Source of the DNA: Ignavibacteriales bacterium
Lineage (GTDB): Bacteria > Bacteroidota > Ignavibacteria > UBA10030 > UBA6906
DNA length: 64,000 nt
Reading direction: 5' to 3'
Assembly (NCBI GenBank): GCA_037441705.1
Contig: JBBIRR010000016.1
Location: forward strand, 10,904 to 74,903
Position numbers and translations under genes: made by a program. The notes under the pieces are model-generated. The model was not told the DNA's origin and ran no database searches. It worked only from the letters and a program-made list of their open reading frames with translations. Positions within the stretch are counted from its first letter, which is position 1, and every line of letters begins with the position of its first letter. Below, piece by piece: positions 38,401-46,712 of the stretch.

Positions 38401-40488
38401 TTACCGAAGAACAACAATCTTGCGCGTGATCGACGCGGACTTCGGCTCATCCAACCCTAATGCATCAAGCCTCATGAAATACACTCCGCTCGCCAATCCT
38501 TCCGCATTCCACGATCTGGTGTAGACGCCCGCCGGAAGGTCCTCCGAAACGAGACGACCAACCTCGCGCCCTAACGCATCGAACACCGTTAGAGACACCG
38601 ACGCCCGCGTGGGAAGACTGAAGGACACGGTTGTCGAGGGATTGAACGGGTTGGGATAGTTCTGGCTTAAAGTAAACTCCGCCGGCAAGACGGACTCCTC
38701 CTGTGCAGATGTAATCTGCGAAAGCGGTCGTCGCCATACAGCAGCTCCATATGTTCCTGCATAAAGATGCGTCCCCCATACTGTCAGCGACAAAACATCA
38801 ATGACGGGCAGGCTGGCGCTGATGTCGATCCAGTTCGCACCGTTGTCAAAAGAACGAAACACATATCCTGCGGTGCCTGCGAAGAGGTAGCCACCGTAAG
38901 CGGCAAGTGACCAGACGTACGTACTGGTCAGGCCAGTGTTGACCGGAACCCAGCTTCCCCCATTGTTGGACGAGCGAAACACGCCGCTGCCGTAGGTTCC
39001 TGCAAACAGATTGCTGTCGAGGACAACAAGGGCATTGACGTTTGGGTCGGTCAGTCCAGCATTCACCTGCGACCAATTCGCACCATTGTTGGTGGAACGA
39101 AACACGCCTCCACCCTGTGTTCCCACGAAGACGTCTGAACCGAGGACGGCCATCGTGGTCACACTCAGGTTCGTTAACCCTGTGTTCACTTCGGTCCAGC
39201 TCGATCCGTTGTTTGTGGAGCGAAAGACGCCGCCGCCATACGACCCGGCAAAGACAGTGGCGCCCGAAGTAGCGAAGGCCCAGATATTGAGATTTGTCAA
39301 TCCGGTGTTTGACACAGTCCAGCTCGTTCCGTTGTTGGTCGACCGATACACGCCTCCACCCCACGTTCCTGCCAGGATGTTGCTTCCCGCAAATGCAAAC
39401 GCGCGAACATAGAGAATGCTGATACCTGTATTGATTTCGGTCCACGAGCTGCCGTTATCGGTTGAACGAAATGCACCGCGCCCCCACGTGCCCGCAAAGA
39501 GGTTCGACCCCGATGATGCCAGCACGCGGACGTCGGTGTTAGTCAAACCCGTATTCACTTCGCTCCAGCTCGCACCACTGTTCGTGGAAACGAAGATGCC
39601 ACCTGCATTGGTGCCGGCGAAGAGATTAGCGCCGAAGACACTCAGGGCAATCACGTTTACATCTCGAAGTCCCGTGTTCACCTGCGTCCAGCTTGATCCG
39701 TTGTTGGTCGAGCGAAAAACACCCCCATAATATGTCCCCGCGAAGATGTTCCCACCTGACGCAGCAAACACCATGACATATGGATAGGTCAATCCATTAT
39801 TTGACGATGCCCAGCTTGAACCATTGTCCGTCGAGATAAACACACCTCCGTTCCACGTCCCAGCAAAGATGTTCGAACCGACAACAGCGAGAGAGCGGAC
39901 ATCAGAGGTGGTCAGACCGTTGTTGGCCGCTGCCCAGTTTGTGCCGTCGTTGGTGGAACGAAAGACTCCGCCGCCATACGTGGCAGCAAAAAGGTCCGTT
40001 CCCGCAACAGCCAGAGCCAGAACATTTGTGTTAGTTAAGCCTGTGCTGACCGACGTCCAACTCGTGCCGCCGTCGGTCGAACGAAAGACGCCGCCGCCGA
40101 AGGTTGCAGCAAACAGGTTCGCACCCGATACAACAACGTCGCGGACATCTCGGACGGTAAGTCCTGTGCTTACGTCGGTCCAACTGCCGCCGTTGTTCGT
40201 GGAGCGGAATAAGCCATTAGCACTTCCTGCAAAAAGAGCAGTACCGGAAGCCTCAAGGGTGTTGACGAGAGGGCTCGTCAGACCCGTATTGACTTGCTGC
40301 CAGCTTGCTCCATTGTTGGAAGAAACAAACACACCTGCTCCACTGGAAGCAGCAAACAGATTGTCCCCAATCGACGCGAACGAATATACAAATCCGCCGG
40401 TGGGCCCGCTGGTTTGTAACCACTGGCCGTATGCTCCGCTCTGAACGAGCATAAGGAAAAAAAGGACGAGGAAACGTTGTGGAGCCAT
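38401..40488 (-). CDS. T9SS type A cargo with about 14 tandem ~39-aa Asp-box propeller repeats
   Basis: Repeat consensus LFAGTxGGGVFRSTNNGxSWTxVNTGLTNxxVxAL; CTD LSQNYPNPFNPSTT ... SGVYF. SD AAAGGAGG. Confidence 0.9.
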   Translation of the reverse strand: MAPQRFLVLFFLMLVQSGAYGQWLQTSGPTGGFVYSFASIGDNLFAASSGAGVFVSSNNGASWQQVNTGLTSPLVNTLEASGTALFAGSANGLFRSTNNGGSWTDVSTGLTVRDVRDVVVSGANLFAATFGGGVFRSTDGGTSWTSVSTGLTNTNVLALAVAGTDLFAATYGGGVFRSTNDGTNWAAANNGLTTSDVRSLAVVGSNIFAGTWNGGVFISTDNGSSWASSNNGLTYPYVMVFAASGGNIFAGTYYGGVFRSTNNGSSWTQVNTGLRDVNVIALSVFGANLFAGTNAGGIFVSTNSGASWSEVNTGLTNTDVRVLASSGSNLFAGTWGRGAFRSTDNGSSWTEINTGISILYVRAFAFAGSNILAGTWGGGVYRSTNNGTSWTVSNTGLTNLNIWAFATSGATVFAGSYGGGVFRSTNNGSSWTEVNTGLTNLSVTTMAVLGSDVFVGTQGGGVFRSTNNGANWSQVNAGLTDPNVNALVVLDSNLFAGTYGSGVFRSSNNGGSWVPVNTGLTSTYVWSLAAYGGYLFAGTAGYVFRSFDNGANWIDISASLPVIDVLSLTVWGTHLYAGTYGAAVWRRPLSQITSAQEESVLPAEFTLSQNYPNPFNPSTTVSFSLPTRASVSLTVFDALGREVGRLVSEDLPAGVYTRSWNAEGLASGVYFMRLDALGLDEPKSASITRKIVVLR

Positions 40489-40707
40489 CGTACTATCCTC
40501 CTTTTTGGGTGGTTGAATGTGGTTGTAGATTGTTGATGGTGGCTTGTATCGAAGGCAATCGAAAAAGAATCGGCGAGAGCTGTGACACTGAGGAAACGGC
40601 AGGAAACAATGCAGAACAGAGCATGTGTTTCATCCCGAGATGGCAAGGGAAAGAACTGAAAAAGTATTACGCTGCGTTCAAAGGCAGAGAGCTATGAATC
40701 GCGACAA

Positions 40708-40736
40708 AATATAGCGCGAGGGATTGAGTTTGTCAA
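40708..40736 (-). promoter_or_regulatory. Sigma70 promoter (copy 1 of the duplicated leader)
   Basis: TTGACA-17-TATATT. Confidence 0.7.
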
Positions 40737-40822
40737 GATGCTCGCTGCCGGCGGCGAAAACACTGCAATCGGGTTTCACAATATGCGTCAAACGGGGCGA
40801 GAGAGAGCGTACGGTATGCTCA

Positions 40823-41335
40823 TTAATTCAGGAGAGGAACCACAATTTTCTCCAATTCCTCAAGACTCAATTCCTCCACTTTCATTGCCACAAGTTCGCC
40901 TTTTCTGTTGTAGACGAACGTTGCCGGAAGGGCCCCACTCCACTGCGGATGGACGGCGTTGATGAATGCTTCATCGCTGCCGGATTTTTTGATGTACGAG
41001 GGCGCATGCAGGTTCATTTTCTTCAAGAACGTACGAACGCGTTGGGTTGTTCTTGCATCGTCATCGTCAACAGAAATGAAAATGAGTTCAAGCCCGCGTG
41101 GGGCGTACATCTGCTGAAGTTTGACGAGATGCGGAAACTCCTCCACGCACGGTTTGCACCACGTTGCCCAGAGGTTCAGCACCAACACGCGCCCCTGCGC
41201 CTGCCGACGAAGCGCTGAGATTCCTGTCTCATCTATCGGAAGCAGAACGGGAGAGCTCTGCCCTCCCGTTGCCTGTGCGACTGCGTGAGCGCCAAGCGCC
41301 CATAGCAGAATAACTGATGCAAGGCCTCGCCGCAT
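40823..41335 (-). CDS. TlpA-family thiol:disulfide oxidoreductase
   Basis: LNLWATWCKPC..EFP, WSGALPAT and a signal peptide. Confidence 0.9.
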   Translation of the reverse strand: MRRGLASVILLWALGAHAVAQATGGQSSPVLLPIDETGISALRRQAQGRVLVLNLWATWCKPCVEEFPHLVKLQQMYAPRGLELIFISVDDDDARTTQRVRTFLKKMNLHAPSYIKKSGSDEAFINAVHPQWSGALPATFVYNRKGELVAMKVEELSLEELEKIVVPLLN

Positions 41336-41940
41336 TAGCTTTCCTTCTTCACGCGCTTAATTGTGCAGCCGAATGCCTTCGTCTCCGTTCGCGCCACAGC
41401 CTTCCCTGCAAGCAGAGCATCCAGCGCCTCGCGCAGATCATGGGTCGTGATCTTCGACGGATTCCGCGAATCATCAATGCGGCCGTGATACAGCACGGTT
41501 GCTTTCCCGTCCAGGACAAAAACCTCCGGCGTCACCTGTGCACCGTAAGCATCTGCGACAACGTTGTTCCAATCCTTCAGAACGGGAAACTTGAACCCGT
41601 TCTTTGCCGCGTGCTCTTTGATCTCCTCTACATCCTCTTGTTTATTAGAGTTGATGCCGACAAAGGCAACCTGCTTCGGAAAGTAGTCGTTGTACAATGC
41701 GGCCATCCGTTCGTTGTAGTCGTTGGAGATGGGACACTGCGTAGCGATGAACATCACTACCGTATATTTGCTGGAGAGAAAGTCGTCCAGCGAGTATTCC
41801 TTTCCTTCCACATCCTTGAGTGTAAACGACGGCGCGGGCTTTCCGACTTCGGCAGGTGGTGCCGCCGCTGTGACGAGGTGAGAAAACGCCATCAACCCAC
41901 CGACGAGAATTGCTGCTGCACCGGCAAGGTAGTTCTTCAT
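41335..41940 (-). CDS. Exported thioredoxin/AhpC-TSA family redoxin
   Basis: APSFTL, QCP, GINSN, TPEVFV, YHGRIDD and C-terminal GCTIK. SD GAAGGAGG. Confidence 0.88.
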   Translation of the reverse strand: MKNYLAGAAAILVGGLMAFSHLVTAAAPPAEVGKPAPSFTLKDVEGKEYSLDDFLSSKYTVVMFIATQCPISNDYNERMAALYNDYFPKQVAFVGINSNKQEDVEEIKEHAAKNGFKFPVLKDWNNVVADAYGAQVTPEVFVLDGKATVLYHGRIDDSRNPSKITTHDLREALDALLAGKAVARTETKAFGCTIKRVKKES

Positions 41941-42986
41941 CGCTGTTCCTCCTTCTGTAATGATTTTGTTGTTTTGGGATGATGTCCATGCGATTGCCCT
42001 TTGACCCACTCCTCGGCAATTTGGACTGCGTTCGTCGCAGCGCCTTTCCGAAGGTTGTCGGACACAATCCATAACGCAAGACCATGTTCGACAGTTTCAT
42101 CACGGCGAATTCTGCCGACAAACACTTCGTCTCTCTCCCATGCGTGGATCGGCATCGGGTAGAGCGCACGCTCGGGGTCGTCCTGCACGATGACGCCGGG
42201 TGCGCGACGCAGCGTCTCACGAACCTCATCCAGTTCAAAGGGATTCTCGAACTCAACGCTGACCGCTTCGCTGTGGCCGCCGTAGACCGGCACGCGCACA
42301 CATGTTGGGTGGACTTTGATCGAGTCGTCTTCCATGATCTTCTTTGTTTCATGCATCATCTTGTGCTCTTCCTTCGTGTACCCATCGGGCAGGAAGATAT
42401 CCACCTGCGGCAGAACGTTCATGGCAATGGGATGAGGGAATTTCATCTCCGCCACACGTTCCTTCTTCAGCTCACGCTCAAGTTGATCAAGACCTCGCTG
42501 CCCGGCACCGGTGACCGATTGATACGTCGCTACGACAATCCTCTTGATTCTCCATCCGTCGTGCAGCGGCTTAAGCGCAACCACCATCTGAATCGTCGAA
42601 CAATTCGGATTGGCAATGATGCCTTTGTGATGAAAGATCCTCCGGCGGTTGACTTCGGGTACAACGAGCGGGACGTTCGGGTCCATTCTGAACGCGCTGC
42701 TGTTGTCGATAACCAGCGCACCTGCCCCGACGGCATGCGGAGCAAACTCTCGACTCACAGCAGCGCCGGCTGAGAACAGGGCAATCTCCACACCCGTAAA
42801 CGACCGCTCGTGCAATGTCTCGACGCGATGAATCTTTCCGTTGAATTCGATCTCCTTCCCCGCCGAGCGTTCCGACGCAAGAAACTTGATATTGCCTACA
42901 GGAAACTTCCGTTCCTGAAGCACCTGGATCATTTTTCGCCCGACCAAACCGGTCGCGCCAACAACGGCAACATTATACACGCGCAT
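41937..42986 (-). CDS. asd: Aspartate-semialdehyde dehydrogenase
   Basis: GATGLVG, IDNSSAFRM, IANPNCSTIQ, CVRVPV..GHSE and DNLRKGAA.NAVQI. Confidence 0.97.
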   Translation of the reverse strand: MRVYNVAVVGATGLVGRKMIQVLQERKFPVGNIKFLASERSAGKEIEFNGKIHRVETLHERSFTGVEIALFSAGAAVSREFAPHAVGAGALVIDNSSAFRMDPNVPLVVPEVNRRRIFHHKGIIANPNCSTIQMVVALKPLHDGWRIKRIVVATYQSVTGAGQRGLDQLERELKKERVAEMKFPHPIAMNVLPQVDIFLPDGYTKEEHKMMHETKKIMEDDSIKVHPTCVRVPVYGGHSEAVSVEFENPFELDEVRETLRRAPGVIVQDDPERALYPMPIHAWERDEVFVGRIRRDETVEHGLALWIVSDNLRKGAATNAVQIAEEWVKGQSHGHHPKTTKSLQKEEQR

Positions 42987-43003
42987 GACACACTCCACGA
43001 TGC

Positions 43004-44263
43004 TTAGAGTAAATCCTCAAGAGTCTCTCGCTGTCGAATCACGGTTGCCGTCTTGCCGTTCACCAGCACTTCGGCAGGGCGACGGCGGGCATTGTAGTTG
43101 GATGAAAGTGCATAGCCGTATGCACCGGCGACGAGAATCGCAAGATAGTCGCCCGGCTGTGTGCGAGGCATGTCTCGATCCAGCGCGAAGAAATCCCCGG
43201 TCTCGCAGCACGGACCGACAATATCTACCGTTTCGGTCTGACGCTCGTGTATCTCCGCCGGCACAATTTGATGATAGGCCTGATACAGACTCGGCCGGAT
43301 CAGGTCGTTCATTCCTCCGTCAACAATCAGGAAAATCTTTTCCTCGGTTTGTTTTCGAAAGAGTACTTTCACCACAAGCGCTCCGGCTTCCGCAACGATC
43401 GAGCGGCCCGGCTGAAAGAGAATTCGGCAGCCGGTGTGCTTCAAGATCGGCAGGACGCGCTTAAGGATCCTCGGCCCATCGGCAACTTCCTCTGGTGACT
43501 CTGTGAGCGCAGAGTGCTGTACGATCCCCTGATACCGTACCCCAAACCCTCCGCCGAAATCAATCTCGTCGATCGCTATGCCCTGCGCGCGAAAATCTGA
43601 AACGAGAGCGCGAAGCCTCTCTGCCGCTTCCACAAACGGTTCGACGTGAGTGATCTGCGAGCCGAGATGGCTGTGAATGCCGCGAAGCTCGATGCTCGGA
43701 AATCGACGTGCCTCCCTCATCACCTCCAGAACACGAGGGGGAGCCATCCCGAACTTATCGTGCTTTCTACTCGTGGCGATGTAGTCGTGGGCCCCGGCAT
43801 CAATATCGAGATTCACCCTCATCAGTACGCGCGCAGTTGTGCCGAGCCGACCTGCCACCGCATTGATGTGCTCCAGCTCTTGCTCGGACTCAACCTCAAA
43901 CACCCTAACATTTTTCTCGAGCGCGTACGCAATTTCATCTTCCGTCTTGCCAACACCGCTGAACGTGATCTGCTCCGGTGAGAATCCGGCATGCAGCGCC
44001 AGAAACAATTCTCCTTGCGAAGCGACATCCGCTCCCAGACCTTGCTCGGCAATCAGCTTCAATACCGCGCGATTGTTGTTCGCCTTCACCGCGTAGGTGA
44101 GCAGATGGTTGGTGTCGGCGAGCGCACGTTTCAAGGCAGCACAGTTCTGGACAATTGTATCGGCACTGTAAACGTACAACGGCGTGCCGTATTGCTCCGC
44201 AAGCGTGCGCAGCGACATCTGTTCACACAGCAGGTGGTTCTGGCGGTAGTGAAACGCAGGCAT
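43004..44263 (-). CDS. lysA: Diaminopimelate decarboxylase
   Basis: YGTPLYVY, YAVKAN, HSHLGSQI, GGGFG, GPCCETGD and AGAYG...SSNYN. Confidence 0.94.
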   Translation of the reverse strand: MPAFHYRQNHLLCEQMSLRTLAEQYGTPLYVYSADTIVQNCAALKRALADTNHLLTYAVKANNNRAVLKLIAEQGLGADVASQGELFLALHAGFSPEQITFSGVGKTEDEIAYALEKNVRVFEVESEQELEHINAVAGRLGTTARVLMRVNLDIDAGAHDYIATSRKHDKFGMAPPRVLEVMREARRFPSIELRGIHSHLGSQITHVEPFVEAAERLRALVSDFRAQGIAIDEIDFGGGFGVRYQGIVQHSALTESPEEVADGPRILKRVLPILKHTGCRILFQPGRSIVAEAGALVVKVLFRKQTEEKIFLIVDGGMNDLIRPSLYQAYHQIVPAEIHERQTETVDIVGPCCETGDFFALDRDMPRTQPGDYLAILVAGAYGYALSSNYNARRRPAEVLVNGKTATVIRQRETLEDLL

Positions 44264-45729
44264 CACCCCCACGCTGTTTCTGAATAGGAATGCTGCGGCG
44301 CGGCGGCGGACCACTCGAACGGTCTGAAATATCGCTCGTAGGAGATTTCAAACCCCTTGGCCCGAAACGCCCCCGTCTCAAGGTCCTGCACGTATTGGCC
44401 GCGAAATTCTCGCTGCGCGATCATGTGGAGTGTCTGCAGGAATGCATCAATGTCGGATTCGTTGGTGTAGCAACCAAAGCTGGCGCGAACCATCCCCGGA
44501 AATGTCGCGGCATCCGTACTCACGACGCCGCACCCGCTATCTCGTGCGTGCTCGGCATCCACGTTCAGCAGCCGCTTCACATACGGTTGCGCGCAAAAAT
44601 ATCCCGTGCGAACGCCGATTCCTCCTTCCGCACCGAGAATGGCGCCAACCAATCCCGGATGCATACCATCAAGGTTGAACGCGATCACGCCGACTTTGTC
44701 GTCGAGCTTCTCGGTCGGACCGTAGAAATGAATGCCGGGAATCTCTTTCATTCTGGCGAGAGTGTACTCAAGGAGTTTCCGTTCATGCTCGGCAACGGCC
44801 TCCATCCCGACGCGCTTCATCATGCACAACGCTTCCGCAAGCGCGATGCCTCCGACGACGTTAGGACTTCCCGCTTCGTCGCGATGCGGCACGGGATTCC
44901 ATTCCACATCATTCAGCGTCACGATCGCAGCCACACCGCCGCCGACGCTATCAGGCTCGCCGTCCCGGAAGAAGTCCATCGGTCCGATGAGTACGCCTGT
45001 GCCGAACGGCGCGTAAATCTTGTGCGCGGAAAAAGCGAGAAAATCAATGTGCCCAGGGTCGTCGTCGGGCAGCATGTGCACAGGCCGATGAGCAACCAAT
45101 TGCGCAGCGTCCACGAAAATCTTTGCACCAACGGCGTGCGCCCGTTCCGCAATGTCATGAATAGGTGAACAGATGCCGGTAATGTTGGAAGCTCCGCTTA
45201 CCGCAACAAGCCTGGCACGTCCGGCATACCGGCGCAACGTTTCCTCCATCTCATCCAGGTCAAGATAGCCGCCGTCCCGGATGCCGACATGAACGACACG
45301 CGCAGCTTTCCGCCACGGCAGATCGTTCGAATGATGTTCGATGCCCGTCGTGATCACGACGTCATCCTCCGCGAAGTTGAAGCGGCGCGCAAGCTTGTTG
45401 ATACACTCGGTCGTATTCTTGAGGAAGATGACGACATTCGTCTCCAGGTCTGCGCCCACGAAGCGGCCGCACACGGCATGGGCGCTGTCGTACAGTTGCG
45501 TGGCGATCTGCGATTTGAAGCCCGTTCCTCGATGCACGCCCGAGTACCAGGGCATGAACTCCTCGATGCGCTGTAACACCCGCCTGAAGGCCGGCGTGCT
45601 CGCCGCGTTGTCCAGAAACACGTACGGGCGCTCCGTCCCGTCCAGGACCGGGACGAGCGTGTCGATGCCGACGATTTCGTTGCGGAAACCGTCGAGACGC
45701 AGAGTCTGCGCGTGGCTCATGGTATTCAC
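44263..45729 (-). CDS. Class V PLP aminotransferase/cysteine desulfurase-like protein
   Basis: FLDNAAST, EHHSN.LPW, DAAQL, FSAHK, GVRTGYFCAQP and VRASFG. Start may be 45720. Confidence 0.88.
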   Translation of the reverse strand: MNTMSHAQTLRLDGFRNEIVGIDTLVPVLDGTERPYVFLDNAASTPAFRRVLQRIEEFMPWYSGVHRGTGFKSQIATQLYDSAHAVCGRFVGADLETNVVIFLKNTTECINKLARRFNFAEDDVVITTGIEHHSNDLPWRKAARVVHVGIRDGGYLDLDEMEETLRRYAGRARLVAVSGASNITGICSPIHDIAERAHAVGAKIFVDAAQLVAHRPVHMLPDDDPGHIDFLAFSAHKIYAPFGTGVLIGPMDFFRDGEPDSVGGGVAAIVTLNDVEWNPVPHRDEAGSPNVVGGIALAEALCMMKRVGMEAVAEHERKLLEYTLARMKEIPGIHFYGPTEKLDDKVGVIAFNLDGMHPGLVGAILGAEGGIGVRTGYFCAQPYVKRLLNVDAEHARDSGCGVVSTDAATFPGMVRASFGCYTNESDIDAFLQTLHMIAQREFRGQYVQDLETGAFRAKGFEISYERYFRPFEWSAAAPQHSYSETAWG

Positions 45730-45809
45730 TCCTCACCAACGTTAAGGGTGATGTGTTCGCTGCAATGTCAATGAACGATGCCTGCCGCTTCCATCCACGA
45801 GCACGACGT

Positions 45810-46712
45810 TCAGCCGCGCGGGTGGAATGTCCGGTGTACCTCTTTCAGATACTCCCGGTCAACATGCGTGTAGATTTGTGTCGTGCCGATATCGGCGTGC
45901 CCGAGCATCTCCTGCACGGCTCGCAAATCGGCTCCGCCCTCCAGCAGGTGCGTCGCAAACGAATGCCGCAACGTATGCGGATGCACGTCGCGTTCGATGC
46001 CCGCCTGCCGCGCGTAGCGCTGCACAAGATTCCAGACGGCGTTGCGCGACAATGGCCCGCCGCGCGCGTTCAGAAACAACGTGTCGCCCGAGACTGCGCT
46101 GCGGGCGATCTGCGGTCTGCACTCTCTTCTATATCGCTCGATCCAGCGTAACGCTGAGCCGCCAATCGGCACAACTCGCTCCTTGGATCCCTTCCCAAAA
46201 ACACGCACAAGTCCCTCGTCGGGTAACACATTGTGCTGCTTCAGTCCGATGACTTCCGACACCCGCAAACCGCATGCGTACATCGTCTCTAACACCGCCC
46301 GATCTCTCAGCCAGAGATTCTTCCTGTCACCTTCACGCTCGGACGCCTGATTGAGCATTGCCTCCACTTCCGGCTGCGTCAGGACGTCGGGCAGACTACG
46401 CTGCAATCTCGGCGCGTCGATTACTTCGGTTGGGTCAGCTTTCAAGACGCCGTCGGTTAAGAGGAACCGATGGAATCCTTTGATCGCCGAAAGCGCTCGC
46501 GTCACCGAACGGGCCGACAACCCCTGCTCGCGCAGCGACGCGAGAAACTCCGCTGCGTGAGACTGGCGTATTGCTCGTACGCTTCGAACGTTTCTCCGTT
46601 CAAGAAAAGCAAGGTAGCGCTGAATATCAAGCCGATACGATGCAATCGTGTTGCGCGAAGCGTTCTTTTCCAGGGCAAGAAACCGGAGGTAGTCCTGACA
46701 ATGCTCGTTCAT
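45810..46712 (-). CDS. xerD: Tyrosine recombinase XerD
   Basis: RDRA.LE.MYA.GLRVSE, GKGSKER.VP, HTLRHSFATHLL.GGADLR.VQEMLGH and TTQIY. Confidence 0.93.
   Translation of the reverse strand: MNEHCQDYLRFLALEKNASRNTIASYRLDIQRYLAFLERRNVRSVRAIRQSHAAEFLASLREQGLSARSVTRALSAIKGFHRFLLTDGVLKADPTEVIDAPRLQRSLPDVLTQPEVEAMLNQASEREGDRKNLWLRDRAVLETMYACGLRVSEVIGLKQHNVLPDEGLVRVFGKGSKERVVPIGGSALRWIERYRRECRPQIARSAVSGDTLFLNARGGPLSRNAVWNLVQRYARQAGIERDVHPHTLRHSFATHLLEGGADLRAVQEMLGHADIGTTQIYTHVDREYLKEVHRTFHPRG

Noticed and set aside
45810-46712. Tyrosine recombinase as a phage or integron integrase
   Set aside because: Length and motifs match housekeeping XerD. It is coupled to the 7TM-HD gene, and I saw no att sites, integron-specific insertion or mobile cargo.
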